NCBI GenBank assembly: GCA_009914755.4
Contig: CP068257.2
Location: 32,448,001-32,512,000, forward strand
Reading direction: 5' to 3'
Source of the DNA: the human T2T-CHM13v2.0 reference genome, Homo sapiens
Length of the DNA stretch: 64,000 nt
The translations under genes were made by a program, and so were the position numbers. This document shows positions 1 to 13,854 of this stretch, piece after piece. The notes under the pieces were generated by a model. The model did no database searches, had not been told where the DNA came from, and saw only the letters and a program-made list of their open reading frames with translations. Each line of letters begins with the position of its first letter. Positions within the stretch are counted from its first letter, which is position 1.

Positions 1-760
1 ATAAATATATCCATCACGCCCTCAGTTTCCTTATGCCACTTCATAATCTCTCTACTTCATTCTGACCCCAAGCAGCCATTGATTCATTTTATGTCACTAT
101 AAGTTTGTATTTTCTAGAATTGTATATAAATAGAACCATTTAGTATGTACTCTTTTCTGTCTGGCTTCTTTCACTAAGCATAATTATTTTGAGATTCATC
201 CATATTGTTGAATATATCAACAGTTCATTCCTTCTATTGCTGAGCAGAATTTCATTGTATAGGTATATCACAATTTGTTTTTCCATTCACCTGTTGATGG
301 TTATTTGAGTTGTTTCAGTTATTGACTATTACAAACAAAGCTGCTGTGCACATTTGTGTACAAGTGTTTGTGCGGGCACATGCTTTCATTCATCTTAGAT
401 AAATATCTAGGAGTACAATGGCTGGTCACATGGTAGGTCTGTGTATAACATTGCAAGAAATTACCGAAATGATCACACAATGTACATTCCCATAAGCAGT
501 GCATGTTTCAGTTGCTCCATCTTCCCACCAGCACTTGGTGTTTTGAGTCTTTCTAATTTTAGCCATTCTAATAGGTATGCAGTGGTATTTCATTCCAGTT
601 TTAATTTGTATTTTCTTAATAACTGATGTTGAAGATCTTTTCATGTGCTTATTGGCCCATCTTTGATGAAGTGTCTGTTCATTTAAAATGTTTAAAAAAT
701 GGGTTGTTTTCTGTTTTCTTTTACTGGGTCTCTTTTCAACCATGGCTGATGATCACGAGG
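1..760 (-). mobile_element. Ancient L1 (L1M-type) fragment, ORF2-3' / 3'-region, antisense on the + strand
   Basis: tggcttctttcactaagcataat...attcatccatattgttgaat...ttccattcacctgttgatggttatttgagttgtttc...ctgatgttgaagatcttttcatgtgcttattggcccatc matches my recollection of a mammalian L1 antisense consensus. The six-frame-track ORFs at 319-853 fall inside it. Confidence 0.6.
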
Positions 761-2678
761 GCATTCTCCCATGTAGATCAACAGAACCATGTCCAGTCAG
801 TCCCAGCAACAGGGGGTGGCATGAGCCTCACAGATGGCTGGACTTTGAGATGACACCTGCATGTTGACTGTCTTACCAGGAAGTGTTGCCTGGCAGTGTC
901 ATGACACTTAGGTGGGGACCCAGTGAAGGTTTTGGGACTGACCCCCTCCTCTTGGTTAAAGCCCCGAATTAAGAGACTATTAGAGAAATAAGAGTTACTA
1001 CCTCAGCTCCTCAGAAGATGATCATGTTGCTATGAAGACTGATGAAAATAAAACATCCAAGAAGAAATGCTAATGAATTGAAGTGTAATAGAAGCCTTAC
1101 ATTAGGAGCTGTGGAAATACCAAAGGTGCATGTGGCCAGAACAAAGGCTAGTTGGTCAAGAATGTTTCTGGAGAAGAAACCCAAGACCGTAGTTGACACT
1201 GGCCCCATGAGCTGCCCCTCACACATCTCAGCAGTCGCCAAGCCCTGTGGTTCTGGTCTCCACCGCTCCTCTCTGCAGCCACCACAACGCCCTCCTCTGC
1301 ATTCCAGAGCAGGCACGCTTGCCCCCTTTGAAGCCTTCTGGGCCTCATCTCCTTCTGTCCTTTCATCTCCAGCCTTAAAACTCCATGCTGAGTGGGCCTG
1401 GCTCACCCAGCTCTCCCCGCCTGGCCCTGAGGACTGCCCCCCAGTTGATTTTGCGGGGTCCTCCCGAGGACCTTTGTTTAGCGCCTGGCCAGGGAGGCCC
1501 AGCCCCTGGAGACCCCTGCCCACCGCAGCAGTCTCTGGTGCCTGGCCTTTGTTCCCTTTACTAAATCTAAAATGCTTCCACATGTGTTCTTCTGATTTTG
1601 CAGTCGTGGAGAAAGAACATGAGGCTGTTTAATACCTCCAATTTCATTGACATTTAACATTAAGAACACTTGTGGGCCTGTTGGGGGACACTTTACAATC
1701 TTGTTATTAGGAAAAACTCTTTCAGCAAGCAGTGATGCAAGCAGTATTTTGTCTTTTTAAAGTCATAAGAGTTTTTAAAAAAATTCTCTCTTTCTTAAAA
1801 AAGATATTGTAGTAGAAGAATATCTCTCAAAAACATCCCATAATTTTTTTTTGGCAGGATAGGGTGAGATGGGGCTGGGAATAAGAGAACATGAGATTTA
1901 GGCAATCTTTCCTTTACCTTTTTTCTTATAAGTAGAGCCCAAGTTGAACCACACCCCCACCGTTGATGAAAGTTAGAAAAATAATCATGAAATTGGTGGA
2001 TTAAAAGAAAGAAAATGTTTAAAGAGCTCTCCAAATGTCCGCCCTAAGAAGTTCCATACAGTATTCCATTGTGCAAGGAACACAACCAATAGCACTTACA
2101 AGCTGACAGAGTTAGAGAGGTACAAATTAGCCTATGTAGCACCTGGGGGCTTATGGAGAAGAAAAAGAAGAATCAAAGCAAATGGGCATGGCCAAGAAGG
2201 TCTGAAAGGTGGGTGAGGGTGAGTGTAGGGGGATCAGGAAATACCAGCGGTTTCACTGATAAAAGTTACAAACGAAATACATTTGAAATGTGACTTGCAT
2301 TTGGGCCATTGGCTGAGGAACACAGATACATACAGGGCAGCAAGGCAAATAAATGGGGTTTTACAGGCCCAGGTCCTAGGAGTCAGTTAGGGAACAATCC
2401 CAGGACTTAGTGATGCAAAATTGGGGAGTTGGAGTATACTTTACCATGAATGGAGGCTCACTTTTATCTAGGAGAAGATGACAGGCTGATGAGAGTGATG
2501 ACTGACAGCTTAACAGATGATTTGGTGCTACCTTGGGATCACTGTCTCCATTAACTGGAAACAGTCACATTTCGCCACTTTCTGGGGGCAGTATTTAGAG
2601 ACACAAGGTTACCTAAGCAGAATGATGATTTGTGCTTATCTTACCTCTTCCCAATGACTGTTAGAACTCACCTTTTAG

Positions 2679-2898
2679 GGCCAGGTGCAGTGGCTCATGC
2701 CTGCAATCGCAACACTTTGGGAGGCCGAGGCAGGCGGATCACTTGAGGTCAGGAGTTCAAGACCAGCCTGGCCAATACGGTGAAACCCCGTCTCCATTAA
2801 AAGTAGAAAAATTAGCCGGGCATGGTGGCGGGTGCCTGTAATCCCAGCTACTAGGGAGACTCTGTCTCAAAAAAAAAAAAAAAAAAAAAAAAAGAAAA
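2679..2898 (+). mobile_element. Alu SINE with an internally deleted right arm, flanked by a 15-bp TSD gaactcaccttttag (2664-2678 and 2899-2913)
   Basis: ggccaggtgcagtggctcatgcctg...ggtgaaaccccgtctc...gcctgtaatcccagctactagggag, then a poly(A) of about 25 nt. The direct repeats are identical. Confidence 0.85.
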
Positions 2899-4476
2899 GA
2901 ACTCACCTTTTAGAATACAGGAGTATCACACTCACAATGGATTAATCCATTAGCAACAGTAAAACTGCCATCATGGCATCATGGCACGCAGTGCATGCCT
3001 AAGAAGAATATGGCAAGCAAAAGTTTTTTCTTTGAATTGTGCCACCCCAGGGCTCTATGGCTTTGGATAAATAATGTACCTTGTTTTTGTATCAGATTCC
3101 TTATCTACAGACAAGGAGATCACTCATTTATTCACTTTCCACTGCCCACCTGTACTGTTAGGGTAAACCGGGATTCTGGCAGGAAAGATCAGTTTAAGGC
3201 TGTTTAGAGCCAAACTCCAATGCACTTGGATCATGGGAACTCATGTTATGGGCAAGTCTTGCCTTAAATCCTTGCTGCTGAGACACCTCCTTGCTTTGCA
3301 GAACAGCGCATTCAGGGACAGAAGGGGAAAAAGGAGCCAGACACAGGGACCAAGGAGACAAAGGAAAACCCCAAGAGTACAGGATCATGGATGGCCAAGA
3401 AGAGACCCTCAGGACTGCAGAGAGGTCCCTGACGATGATGCCAGGGAAACTACTTGGTGGACAAATGGAAGGCCAGTGGTGACAGTGTGAGGGAACACAG
3501 AGTGCAAAGGCTGGAAGATGCAGTGGGTCTGGGGATATGTGGCTGTGAGAAGAAGAAAAGAATGACAACTTGAGAGGGTAACAGGGTTATGACGAGGTTT
3601 TTCTTCCCCCTAGCTAGAAGAGACCTATATATGCTTCATGGCAGCAGGAAGAAGTCTGTGCAAGGGGAGAATTTGGCCACTTAAGGGAGGGCATTATATG
3701 GGTGCAAGGAGTGGGAGACTGCCATCACCCAGGGAAGAGGACAGAGTAGGACTACAATAAAAGTTGGTTGATCGACAGATAGTTGCTCAGTTTGCACTGG
3801 CTGGTAAACATAATGCTGTATGGTATTGGGGTTAAGCGTGCAGGCTCTGAGTTCTGCATAATTTGGGGCAAGTTGCTGAGATGTTTATGAAGTCTCCTTT
3901 TCCCTATATGTAAAATGGGGGCAGTTATAATACATATCTTTGTGGTAAGAACTGAGAGTTAATACATGCAAATAATTTAAAATAGGTTCTGGTTCATAGT
4001 TAATGCTCAAAATGTTAGACTCAGTAATAAAAATAATGGCCATCTTTGAGGATTAACGATTGAAAGCTCAAGGTCAAGTCTCATTATACAGCAACATAAA
4101 AGAAGAAGGTAAAGGTGATTAAACTGACCCAGGGCATATCTTGAGGTTCCTTTTTTACAAATAGGGCTGGATTTCAACTTCTGTTCTTATTCTTCTTTCC
4201 TATTCCCCCTCAAAAAAACTTACTTGAAAATTAATCAAACTTCTGGTTAATCAAATCTTAAACACATACCATAATAAATGTTTTGGAGAATCTAAGAGAG
4301 TCATTTTTAAATTAATATATCAAATGCTGCAGTAATATATTTCTATTATGCTGACTATACATAGTATAAAGTTAAAAATTGTTTTGGTGAATTTAAGTTT
4401 GTAGTTATAGTAGGAAGACACTAAATTTGCAACAGCATTCCTCGTGATTTAAAAAAAATCTTTTTTTTTTAAATGA

Positions 4477-4833
<357 letters not shown>

Positions 4834-5213
4834 TGAAGGGGGAAAATCACAGTAGCTGCCCTCTCTCTGCTTTTAAGAAATGGAATGAGTCTGTGGGTGG
4901 CTACCAGACTGGGAGGGCTTGGGGATGCTGACTCTGTGGTGAGGTATTACGCAGTCAGGTTAATTTCCTTATACCACTTGTCAAGTTAGAAGGAGTAGAG
5001 AAGATGCCAGGTCTTCACTCATCCCTGGGCATTAAGGGAAAACTAAAGAGCTTCCAAGAGGAAATGCTCTGAGTTGAAGTCAGCTCATTGCGCCGCCTCA
5101 GTGTTTGACTTGGCATATTACTACGGGGTCTTTATTTTCTCATTACTAAACTGGGTCATGTAATTGACAAGACAGGGGACAGTCGGGGTGGGACCATTCT
5201 AGAAAATCTGTAA

Positions 5214-5523
<310 letters not shown>

Positions 5524-6404
5524 TGAAGGTCCAGAAATTCCTTGTTTCCTTCTGTTATTTATAGTACGCTACTTATTTAAACCAAACATGAAGTTAATTG
5601 ACACTTAGCCAGGCAATTTGGATTACCTGTGTGGCTTCACACAGGTATGGGTTGTAGACAAGTCTAAAAATAGAAAATGTTAAAATCCAGCTATCTCAGA
5701 AAAACTTGGGTTCATCTCCATCTCCTACCTCCCATATGTCACAAATAGACGCATGGGATGTGAAATGGTAACCTCTGGGTAAGGTGACAAAGGTACTCTA
5801 ATCTTGGCTTACGTGGACTACACGGTTAATCCACTGAATAACAATCAGCATCTTCATCTGTGTGGTAGGAGAACCGGAGGTCAGAAGGGTAGAGGGGCGG
5901 CTAAAAGTACTTTGTTTCTATTACTGTATGACCTTGGACTAGTTACAAAACTTTTTGTGCCTACATTTCCTAATCCCTAATATGGGGTTAACAGTGCTTG
6001 CCTCTGTTTAAAAAAATTACTCAGTGATGCTTACTAAAGCATGGTAAGAAAGACTTTATTCAGGACCAACGCGATGGGTACAGGGATCAGGGAAACCCGG
6101 GGAGAGAGAGTGGGCTCCAATTCTGAATGCAGCGTCGGCAAGTAGAAATTTATGGCCATGTAAAATCACTAAGAGTAACCATCAGGGGGAAGAGGGATTC
6201 TGGCTCAACCGATCTAAAGGATTCTTGTAGAACTCAGGCCAGGGTGAAAAGACATGACTGGGGGATAAAGGAAGATGAGGAACCTGATCTGCTATGAGGG
6301 GATGGGGGTTCTGTGCTAGAACTGGATTTTACAAGGAAGTGCACAGATGGGCCTAGCATGAGATTCAGAAGCCTGACTAAAGTTTGGCCAAGCAAAGAAT
6401 CTTT

Positions 6405-6500
6405 GTCACCTCAGGGCTGTTGTGAGAATTTTAGGAGACACATCCACCAGCCTTGGCATGGGGCCTGATGCAGAGTAAGTGTTCACTAAACTTTACCTAT
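6405..6500 (+). mobile_element. MIR SINE fragment (3' half)
   Basis: ctcagggctgttgtgagaattttaggagacacat...ggcctgatgcagagtaagtgttcactaaac resembles the MIR consensus ...cacagggttgttgtgaggattaaatgag...gcacatagtaagcgctcaataaat. Confidence 0.5.
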
Positions 6501-7378
6501 TAACGTTAAAGCACTTTAAGTTGACAAACACTCCACGTACAGAGCTTTTAATGGGGCAAACAAGGGGCAGAGGCCTCAGCTGCAGGGTACTCAACCTCTA
6601 AGGAAGGGCGCTGGAGAAAACTGCACTTGCAGAGCCCCTGGCTGGAGGGCGGAGAACCATGTGGGTGTAAAGGGATGGCAAGGGCAGAACGTATGCCCCT
6701 GCCCACCTTAGACAGTTGCTAAAGGGTCTCCCAGGCACTCAGCCTAGCCTTTAAGTGAAAGCGGAGGAAACATTTAAAGAAATGAGATAGAGTTAAGGTG
6801 TTCGCCTGCCCTCCGCTGAAACACGTGGGGGCAGGTCAGGGGCACACCACAAATGCCCGTATCGCGCCTGTGTGTACCAGGCACCGTCCTCGGAGGTTAA
6901 CGTGCAGTAACTCACTCGGGTCCCCACTTTCGGCACAGGCAGCAGGCCCAAGGTCACGCAGTGCCAAGGGACTGAGTCAGACCCGAGCCCGCGCGCCGCG
7001 GCCCACGGCCTGTGCCAGCGCGCTCCTCGCCGGGTAGGGGGCCTGGTCAGCCGCGTCAGACCTGAGAGTTGTGGCTGGGGGCGAGAGCTGCACCCCCCTA
7101 CCGACCCCGGGCGGGAATGTTCCAGAACCCCTGCGAGCAGCCGTTGGCCGCACAGCCCCCGGGCCGGCCGCGACCCCGCCTTGCGCCGCGAAGGTCCCTA
7201 GCTCCGGGGAGTCGCGGGCGAGGGGCACGCGCACGGACGAGACCGCACCGCAGCGCACGCGCACTGGCGGGCACTCACTCGCCCGCCGCCCGGGAGGAGA
7301 AGGAAGGCATGGAAAGTTCCAGCCGGTTCGAGAGCTAGGTAGCAGGCATGGCAGGAGGCGGGGTAGGGGCAGGCAGGG

Positions 7379-7600
7379 TCGCGAGGGGGCGTGCGGCCGC
7401 CGCGAGCCGCTCTGGGCCGCGTCTGCAGCACCGCCCCTAGCCGCGGCCGGCGGGCTGGGCTGGGGTCGGGGCGGGGGCGGTGCGGCGGGTGCGGGGCTGC
7501 GGAGGGGGCGTGGCGGCCGCCCGCGGGCGGAGAGGGGGCGGGGCGGCGGCAAGGCGCGCGGGCGGGGCGGGGCGCGCCGAGGGGGCGTGGCGCGGCGTCT
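7379..7600 (+). promoter_or_regulatory. Cluster of GC-boxes / Sp-KLF type sites
   Basis: GAGGGGGCGTG(G)CGGCCGC occurs three times, at about 7383, 7503 and 7579. Canonical GGGGCGGGG boxes lie at 7531-7550 and 7561-7576. All are 40-250 bp upstream of the putative TSS. Confidence 0.5.
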
Positions 7601-7615
7601 GCGCAGCTGCCAGCG

Positions 7616-7660
7616 CCTTTAAGCCCGGGCTCGCGCTCTCGGACCGTGCTTTCGCCGCCT
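7616..7660 (+). promoter_or_regulatory. TATA-like element (TTTAAG at 7618-7623) and probable transcription start region of the shared exon 1
   Basis: cgcctttaagcccgggctcgcgctctcggaccgtgctttcgcc lies about 120-150 nt upstream of the MRPS6 ATG. The exact TSS is not determinable from sequence. Confidence 0.35.
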
Positions 7661-7770
7661 GGGAGCCGTCCGGCGCAGCAGTTTCTAGGTCCCCACTGTC
7701 CCCGCCGTCCCGCCCCTTCGCGTCCCGGGAACCGGCTGGCTTCCGAGCCGCACTCGCCGATCCTCCAGGC

Positions 7771-7815
7771 ATGCCCCGCTACGAGCTGGCTTTAATCCTG
7801 AAAGCCATGCAGCGG
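7771..7815 (+). CDS. MRPS6: MRPS6 (mitochondrial ribosomal protein S6) coding exon 1, first 15 codons MPRYELALILKAMQR; the exon is shared with SLC5A3 as a noncoding leader
   Basis: atgccccgctacgagctggctttaatcctgaaagccatgcagcgg is followed by gtaagt (donor GT at 7816). It matches the MRPS6 N-terminus. Kozak context has G at -3. The exon lies inside the CpG island. Confidence 0.9.
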
Positions 7816-8328
7816 GTAAGTGACCTTCCCTCAGAGCCGGTCTTCCCGCGCGGGCGCCCCCGCTGCCGCTAGGCCGCCGTCCCCCGCGCGCCCTGGCCGC
7901 GGGACGCCGGGCCTTCCTGCACTCCTCGGAGGAGGCCGGGGCGGCGGGCGGGCGGCGGGCGTCCGCGGGAAGGGGGCGCGCGTGGGCCGGCCGGGCCCGG
8001 CCGCGTGCGCGCGGGAGGCGGGGGTGTGCCTGCGCGTGTGCGCGGTCCGGGAGGGTGTGCCTCGCAAGCGGCCCGCCGGGCGGGGGGCGGGGCGGACCGA
8101 GCGGGCCCCGACCCCGATCCCGGCGCCGGCCCGCGGGAGTCCAGTGGAAGGTCCGCGGGAGGACACGCGCGGGCGCCCAGCCCGACTCCGGCCCGTCCCC
8201 GCCAGTCGTGAAGCTGCCTCGTCGCCGGCCCCGCCGCCGCCGCCTGGTCCGTCCCGCTCCGCCGCCCGCCGGCTGCCGCCGACCGCCTCCGCTCTAGCGC
8301 CCGCCGGCCGCCCGGAACGTCCGCGCCC

Positions 8329-8334
8329 AATAAA
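8329..8334 (+). terminator. Intronic AATAAA with a GU-rich downstream element, at the 3' edge of the CpG island
   Basis: cgcgcccAATAAAgcgttcctccaaagcttgtttgtgccgttgtctgtattcc. It lies about 515 nt downstream of the exon 1 donor. Confidence 0.3.
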
Positions 8335-11300
8335 GCGTTCCTCCAAAGCTTGTTTGTGCCGTTGTCTGTATTCCAGTCTCTTGCAATCGCTCTCATGTTA
8401 AAAAAAAATCTTTTGACTTTTCTTTTTCTGACTTCAGCGAAAATCCCGCTCCGGGTGCCCTTAGCCCAGTTTCATTCATCCAAGTTGTGGCCTTTCTTGC
8501 GCCTCCAGAAGACACTTTCTTCCCCCTGCTTTTGATTGATCTTGAGGTAGGGGATTTCAGGTTTGGAGGGATGCTAAGCGAACCAGCGGCCCCTTTCAGG
8601 TGACGGCGTGGCCAAGGACAGGGGCCCGCGGCCCGGAGGCAGCTCACTTCGTCCTCTGTCCTGGGTCATGTACTCCTCAAGTCGTCGCCGAAATCCCCAT
8701 TCTCCCGTGAATTCGGAATTCGGTAACGTAGTTTGGTGTTATGTTTTTTTTTCTCCACCAGGTGTAATAAAACAAAAATCATTGTACCACGTCCGAACTT
8801 TGTAAGCACAGCTTCCTACAGCGCTAGAGGAGTGGACGCATTTTTACGTTTGAAATTAGGCTCCAGGTCAATTGCGAGGAGTATTACCAAGTTTGGTTGA
8901 ACTTAAGCTCAATTGATAAACTAACAATCACGGAGCGTCGGGAGATTGTTAGGAAGTGTGCTTTGCATATTGTTAACTGGGAAGGGACGCCAGTGCCTCT
9001 CTATGAGGTCCAGACAGCCTGGCCAGGCATGCCATTGTGTCCCCCAGCTTGTTCTTCATGGATTTGGAAGAAGTTAAGATAGTATCTGTTCAGCCTCTTG
9101 AATATCCCTTTTGGCCCTCCTCCTTGCTTACCAGCATATGTAACTCCGAAAGGATAGGAGCAGTGAAAACAAAGCATTATTAAAAGGGAAGATTTTTAAT
9201 TAGGTGGAAGTTGTTTAAGCCCTCCCTTCAACTTACGTGTTTTAGGGAATGTGGAACCTGGGAAATTCGTTACTGAAATTCCTTTTGTTTACTTTCCTTG
9301 TCTTGGGGAGGTAGCAGGTGACACTGAAAGAGGCAACCTGTAGGCAATAATATTTGCTCATTCTGTAACCCTTTGAAACCTTTGAAATGAAGACTTGCCC
9401 TCCCCTTTGTTTTTGCCATAGTTGCCAAGTATCTTGGTTAACATGGCTGCAAGTATTAAGTGTATTTCTTTTACCATTTTTTTTTATGTCCTGTAATAAC
9501 ATAGCCTTTGGATGTGGAGCACCCATTTTTCACTCTAGTTCAGATCAACAGAGCGTAATTTGGTTAAAATAATAAATAACCTTCCTTGAAATCTTCGCAT
9601 GAGGGAAGGGGGGCAAAAAAAAGAAAAAAAGCCCTAGAAAGTAGATAATAAAGGTGAACTGCCTCTTGGAGAAAGAGGCCCCATGGCAGTAGATAGAAGG
9701 TTGTAACAGTGGTGACTTATGTACAATGGCGAAGTTATGTTGAGGAGATCCTTGACCTAAATAAAGTAATATTAAACAATAGCTTCTCAGTTATTTGTTC
9801 AAAAACCTATCTGTAGCTTGTAAATGTGGCACAAACACAAAGACTTCCAGGTTTTAGACCAGTTTGCTTGCTTTCAGTTTAGGAAAATAGGATTCTAAAA
9901 TAGGATGAATGTTTGGGGGGAAACGAATTTAAAAAGTTAACTCTAGGCTTATGAAATGAAAAATGCGACTGTGAGCTTGCACACCGGTAGCAGGCCTTGG
10001 AGAAACCACAGTTCTAACCCGAGGCACTTTGTGCTTCTGTTGCAAGAAGGGTATTGAAGCTCCTCAGTTCAAAGTTGCGTATCTTCCACGTTTTTAGATT
10101 CTTAAGTGTATACCTCTTTACCCCTTTAATATGATGTATTTTCCTTTCCTCCCCAAATCATTTGTGCATCTTGGAATTGAGGAAAATGCTGTGTTAGGCA
10201 ACTTTAACAGCGGATATGGAAGTTAAGAAACTATAGTTTTCCAGCCTTTGGACTCCCAGAGCTGCTCTCCTGTTTTTTCTCCGCAGTACTCAGCCTGGAG
10301 AGCATTCTTAGTCTGTTTGGAGAATATTAACTCCTCCCTGTCCTCATTACTTTTTTTTTGACCCTAGCTTGACTCCTTTAAATTGAGCTTGCAAAGTTTT
10401 AAAATTTAAAATACAGGCCCTGTGTTGGCTGTCACAGTATCTGGATTGTAGCAAAGTCAGTTGCGGGAATGCCCATTGAAAGATTTCAGAGTGTATTATG
10501 TAGAGTCAGTCATATTGAACTATACAGTTGTACAATTAGTCACCCAGAAATTCCAATACTATGTTTTTCTCAGTTTGCAAGTAGAAGTTGATTATGAGTA
10601 TCTACTTTTGTACTTCCAAGTTTGGGCATTTAGGAATGTAGTTAACTAGTGTTTCTAAGAAGAAATTTATTTTCAAGTACCATATAGCTTGATTTTTAAA
10701 AAAGTGTGTATATAAAAAAAGTTATTTCTATTTTCTGTTTTAGCGTGAAAAGTAGGTAAAAGTGTGGTTAAATTCTGAAATATGACGGTAAAGTAATGGA
10801 TGTTGTGAAACTAGGCCTTTAAAGGTGACAAGCAATTTGAAAAACCAGTTGTTTAGACCAGTCTTAGTTCATATTTATAGAAGAGTCTCTGGAATAAAAA
10901 GATTTTAAAAGTCCTGTTACACCCATATCAGATAGCATCAAGAGAGTTTTATTCACTTCTGGAAAACACAGTATTCAAAGGCTGTAATGTGAAAGGACAT
11001 AGCCGCAAAGGAGAGACCAAGGCTGCAGTCCCAGGTAGCCTCATTTCAGTGTGAGGAAGACCTCTGACAATGGAAAAAGAAATGGATTGCCTGTGAGATG
11101 GTGAGGTCTATATCCACCTCCACCCTGCCCCCCCTGCAATGAGAACTTTGAGGTAGATGAGGAGAAGGGGTCATGTGTTTGGTGAGTGAGCTCTCTTGTG
11201 AGTGGGAAAATGGTTGAAGCCCTTTGGTTTCACTTGATAATTAGATTTTAAAGGTTGGTATTTCAGTTAGGTAAAAGACTGAAGTGCCAATACATGAATG

Positions 11301-13479
11301 GTAAAGCCGCATACTGTATAATGTAGAGGAGCTTAGGAAAAAAATGAAACTTTGTAGACACTTTTTATGCCTTGGGTATACAGGAAGAAGAAATCTGAGG
11401 AAAGAAATCTGTGCAATACATAAGTATTTTGTGGTTACTTTAGGAACGCTAATTACGTCTCGTGCCCTTTTCCCAGAAGGTGTTCACAGTTGGCATAGAT
11501 TATGAAAGCCCTGGGATAATACTTTTCCTGAAATCTTCTCATTGGCGTTCAGGAATTTTTACATGAAGAATTAAAGGTTAATGGCTTAATAACTAATTCA
11601 CTTGCTAAATGATTCCATTGCATGTACAATAAGATAGCATTTATATATATATATCTTCATATGTTTTTCTAATAGGAATAAAGAAGATAGCTATTTTGGA
11701 AATCTTAAGTTCTTATTAAAACAAACAGTAATTTTTATGTTTAATACTCAACGCAGATTATATTTTACATTTAGATAACTCATTGAAATAGTACTTTGGT
11801 AGGGTAAGGAGTTTTGTGTAATCTGAGTTTGAGTTCTGACTTGGTTTAATTTGAATATAGAAAAGTATAATCAGTTCCTAAAATGTAGAAAACAGTTGGT
11901 TTTCTGGTAGAGTGATGAAGAGTTTTTCTCTAAATGCAAGCCTTTTTTGATTAGAACACCTGGCAAAAGTTTTGTATTTGTTCTAGAGTTCTATTCAAGT
12001 TAGGATGTTCTGAAAGTAATGCCTATGAAGTGCCTGTATTTTAGATACCCTTTGGAGATGGAGGGTGCTAATAAACTGAAGTATGAGTCAGGTCAACCCT
12101 AGGTCCTTGTAGTTTGCTTGGCAAGCATTTGATAACTAGGAAATAGTGAAGTTTCTGCTGTGTGTTGGTGGGAGACATCAGTTCAAACGGAAACATCTAG
12201 CTGTCAAGTGGTCTTTTTTTTCTTCCCATGGGCCCTCCCTAAACAGCTTAGCCTTGTATCTTTAATAATCTCTCTTTGTGTTTTATCTGCTTGAAACCAG
12301 GCAACTTAAAATAGTTACCTAGTAATGGAAGACTTGACCCTGTGAACAATGTTATACTTTCATTTGGTATTAAATTTTCTTGGGTTACAGCTTATTGCCG
12401 CAGCAAGCTATTGAAGAAGGAAGGAGTCCTGTTCCTGCCCCTGAGCTACAGCTAAGGTACAAGGAATGGCTTGGGGGTAAGGAGTCCTTCCTCACCAGAT
12501 ATGGTTTGTATGTATGAAGACTGCTTGTCAGAAGTTGACATTTTGCACTAATTTTTTTTCTTAATTCATGACTCACACATTCAATACTGATGTTTCTAGA
12601 TTTTAAAAATCTAGGTTATATCTAGTATTATATGCAGACTATTGAATCTTCTAACCTTTTAGATTATAAAATCAGTTTCAAAAAATTAAGAGTTCAAAAG
12701 CAATGACGGGAAAATTCTGAAGTAATATTTTTCATCTAGTGCCTTTGCTGTGTTTGTACTACTACATGTTTAACTCATCTAAAAGAAACCTGGAATACCA
12801 TAATGGGGTTTAACATGAAGGTGGAAGGAAGGGTAGAGAACAAATGATAAAATACTGTGTGATTACTCATGTTATAAAAAGTTGTTGCAATTTGATTATC
12901 AGACTTTTCCTATTTAATGTTCTTAGCTTTGTGTTAGAATTTCCAATATACTCATGAGTTTATCTGTTTTTAGTGGAAGGCAATATTTTTAAGACGTGTT
13001 ATCAACACATGTAGTTACCTCTTAGGGGAATCCTTACTTAAGGAATTAGTCAAATGAATGTCTGGTAAGTTATCAATTTGTCTAAAGGAAGAACTACCCT
13101 TGGGTTTGGAAAGTGACAGTTAATTCAGCCTCTTATCCTTTTTGTTGCTTTGAAATTAGAGCAAGAGTTGGCAGCCTGTGGCTTCCGGGCCAGATCTGAC
13201 CTGTCACCTATATTTTTGTGGCTTGTGAAGTAGGAAAAGATTTTACAGTTGAATAGGTGGGGAAAAAAACAGCAATACTTTATGGCACTTGAATTTCATA
13301 AAACTTTCACATTTCAGAGTCCATAAGTAAAGTTACATTGGAACATGACCCTGTTCTTTTGTTTATATTTATTATCTAGTCCTTTACAGAAGAAATGTGC
13401 CAGCCCCTGATTTAGAGTATATAGACACAATTTTCTAGGTGCATCATTTTTCTTGGCTTCTTATGCTGCTGTTTTCTGA

Positions 13480-13854
<375 letters not shown>

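Larger units (their letters stand above)
6840..8345. promoter_or_regulatory. CpG island: shared bidirectional-type promoter region of MRPS6 and SLC5A3, extending about 0.5 kb into intron 1
   Basis: Very high G+C and dense CpG with no CpG depletion from about 6840 to 8340. The flanks are AT-rich and CpG-poor. The long stop-free ORFs here on both strands are compositional artifacts. Confidence 0.85.

Noticed and set aside
1011-1669. A roughly 600-bp stretch open in several frames on both strands (196 aa plus strand, 190 aa minus strand, Pro/Ser-rich)
   Set aside because: It is a CT/C-rich low-complexity region with no recognisable protein family and no start context. It is most likely an old repeat or compositional artifact.
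6977-8401. Many long ORFs on both strands (130-193 aa, Pro/Arg/Ala/Gly-rich) in the ORF track across the CpG island
   Set aside because: The sequence is extremely GC-rich, so stop codons (TAA/TAG/TGA) are rare on both strands. The translations are low-complexity and overlap each other in all frames. Only the 15-codon MRPS6 start (7771-7815) is real coding.
8897-9082. A 61-aa ORF (MNLSSIDKLTITERREIVRKC...) in the CpG-retaining intronic segment
   Set aside because: It is short, has no homology I recognise, and has no splice or Kozak support. The CpG retention is noted separately as a regulatory rather than coding signal.
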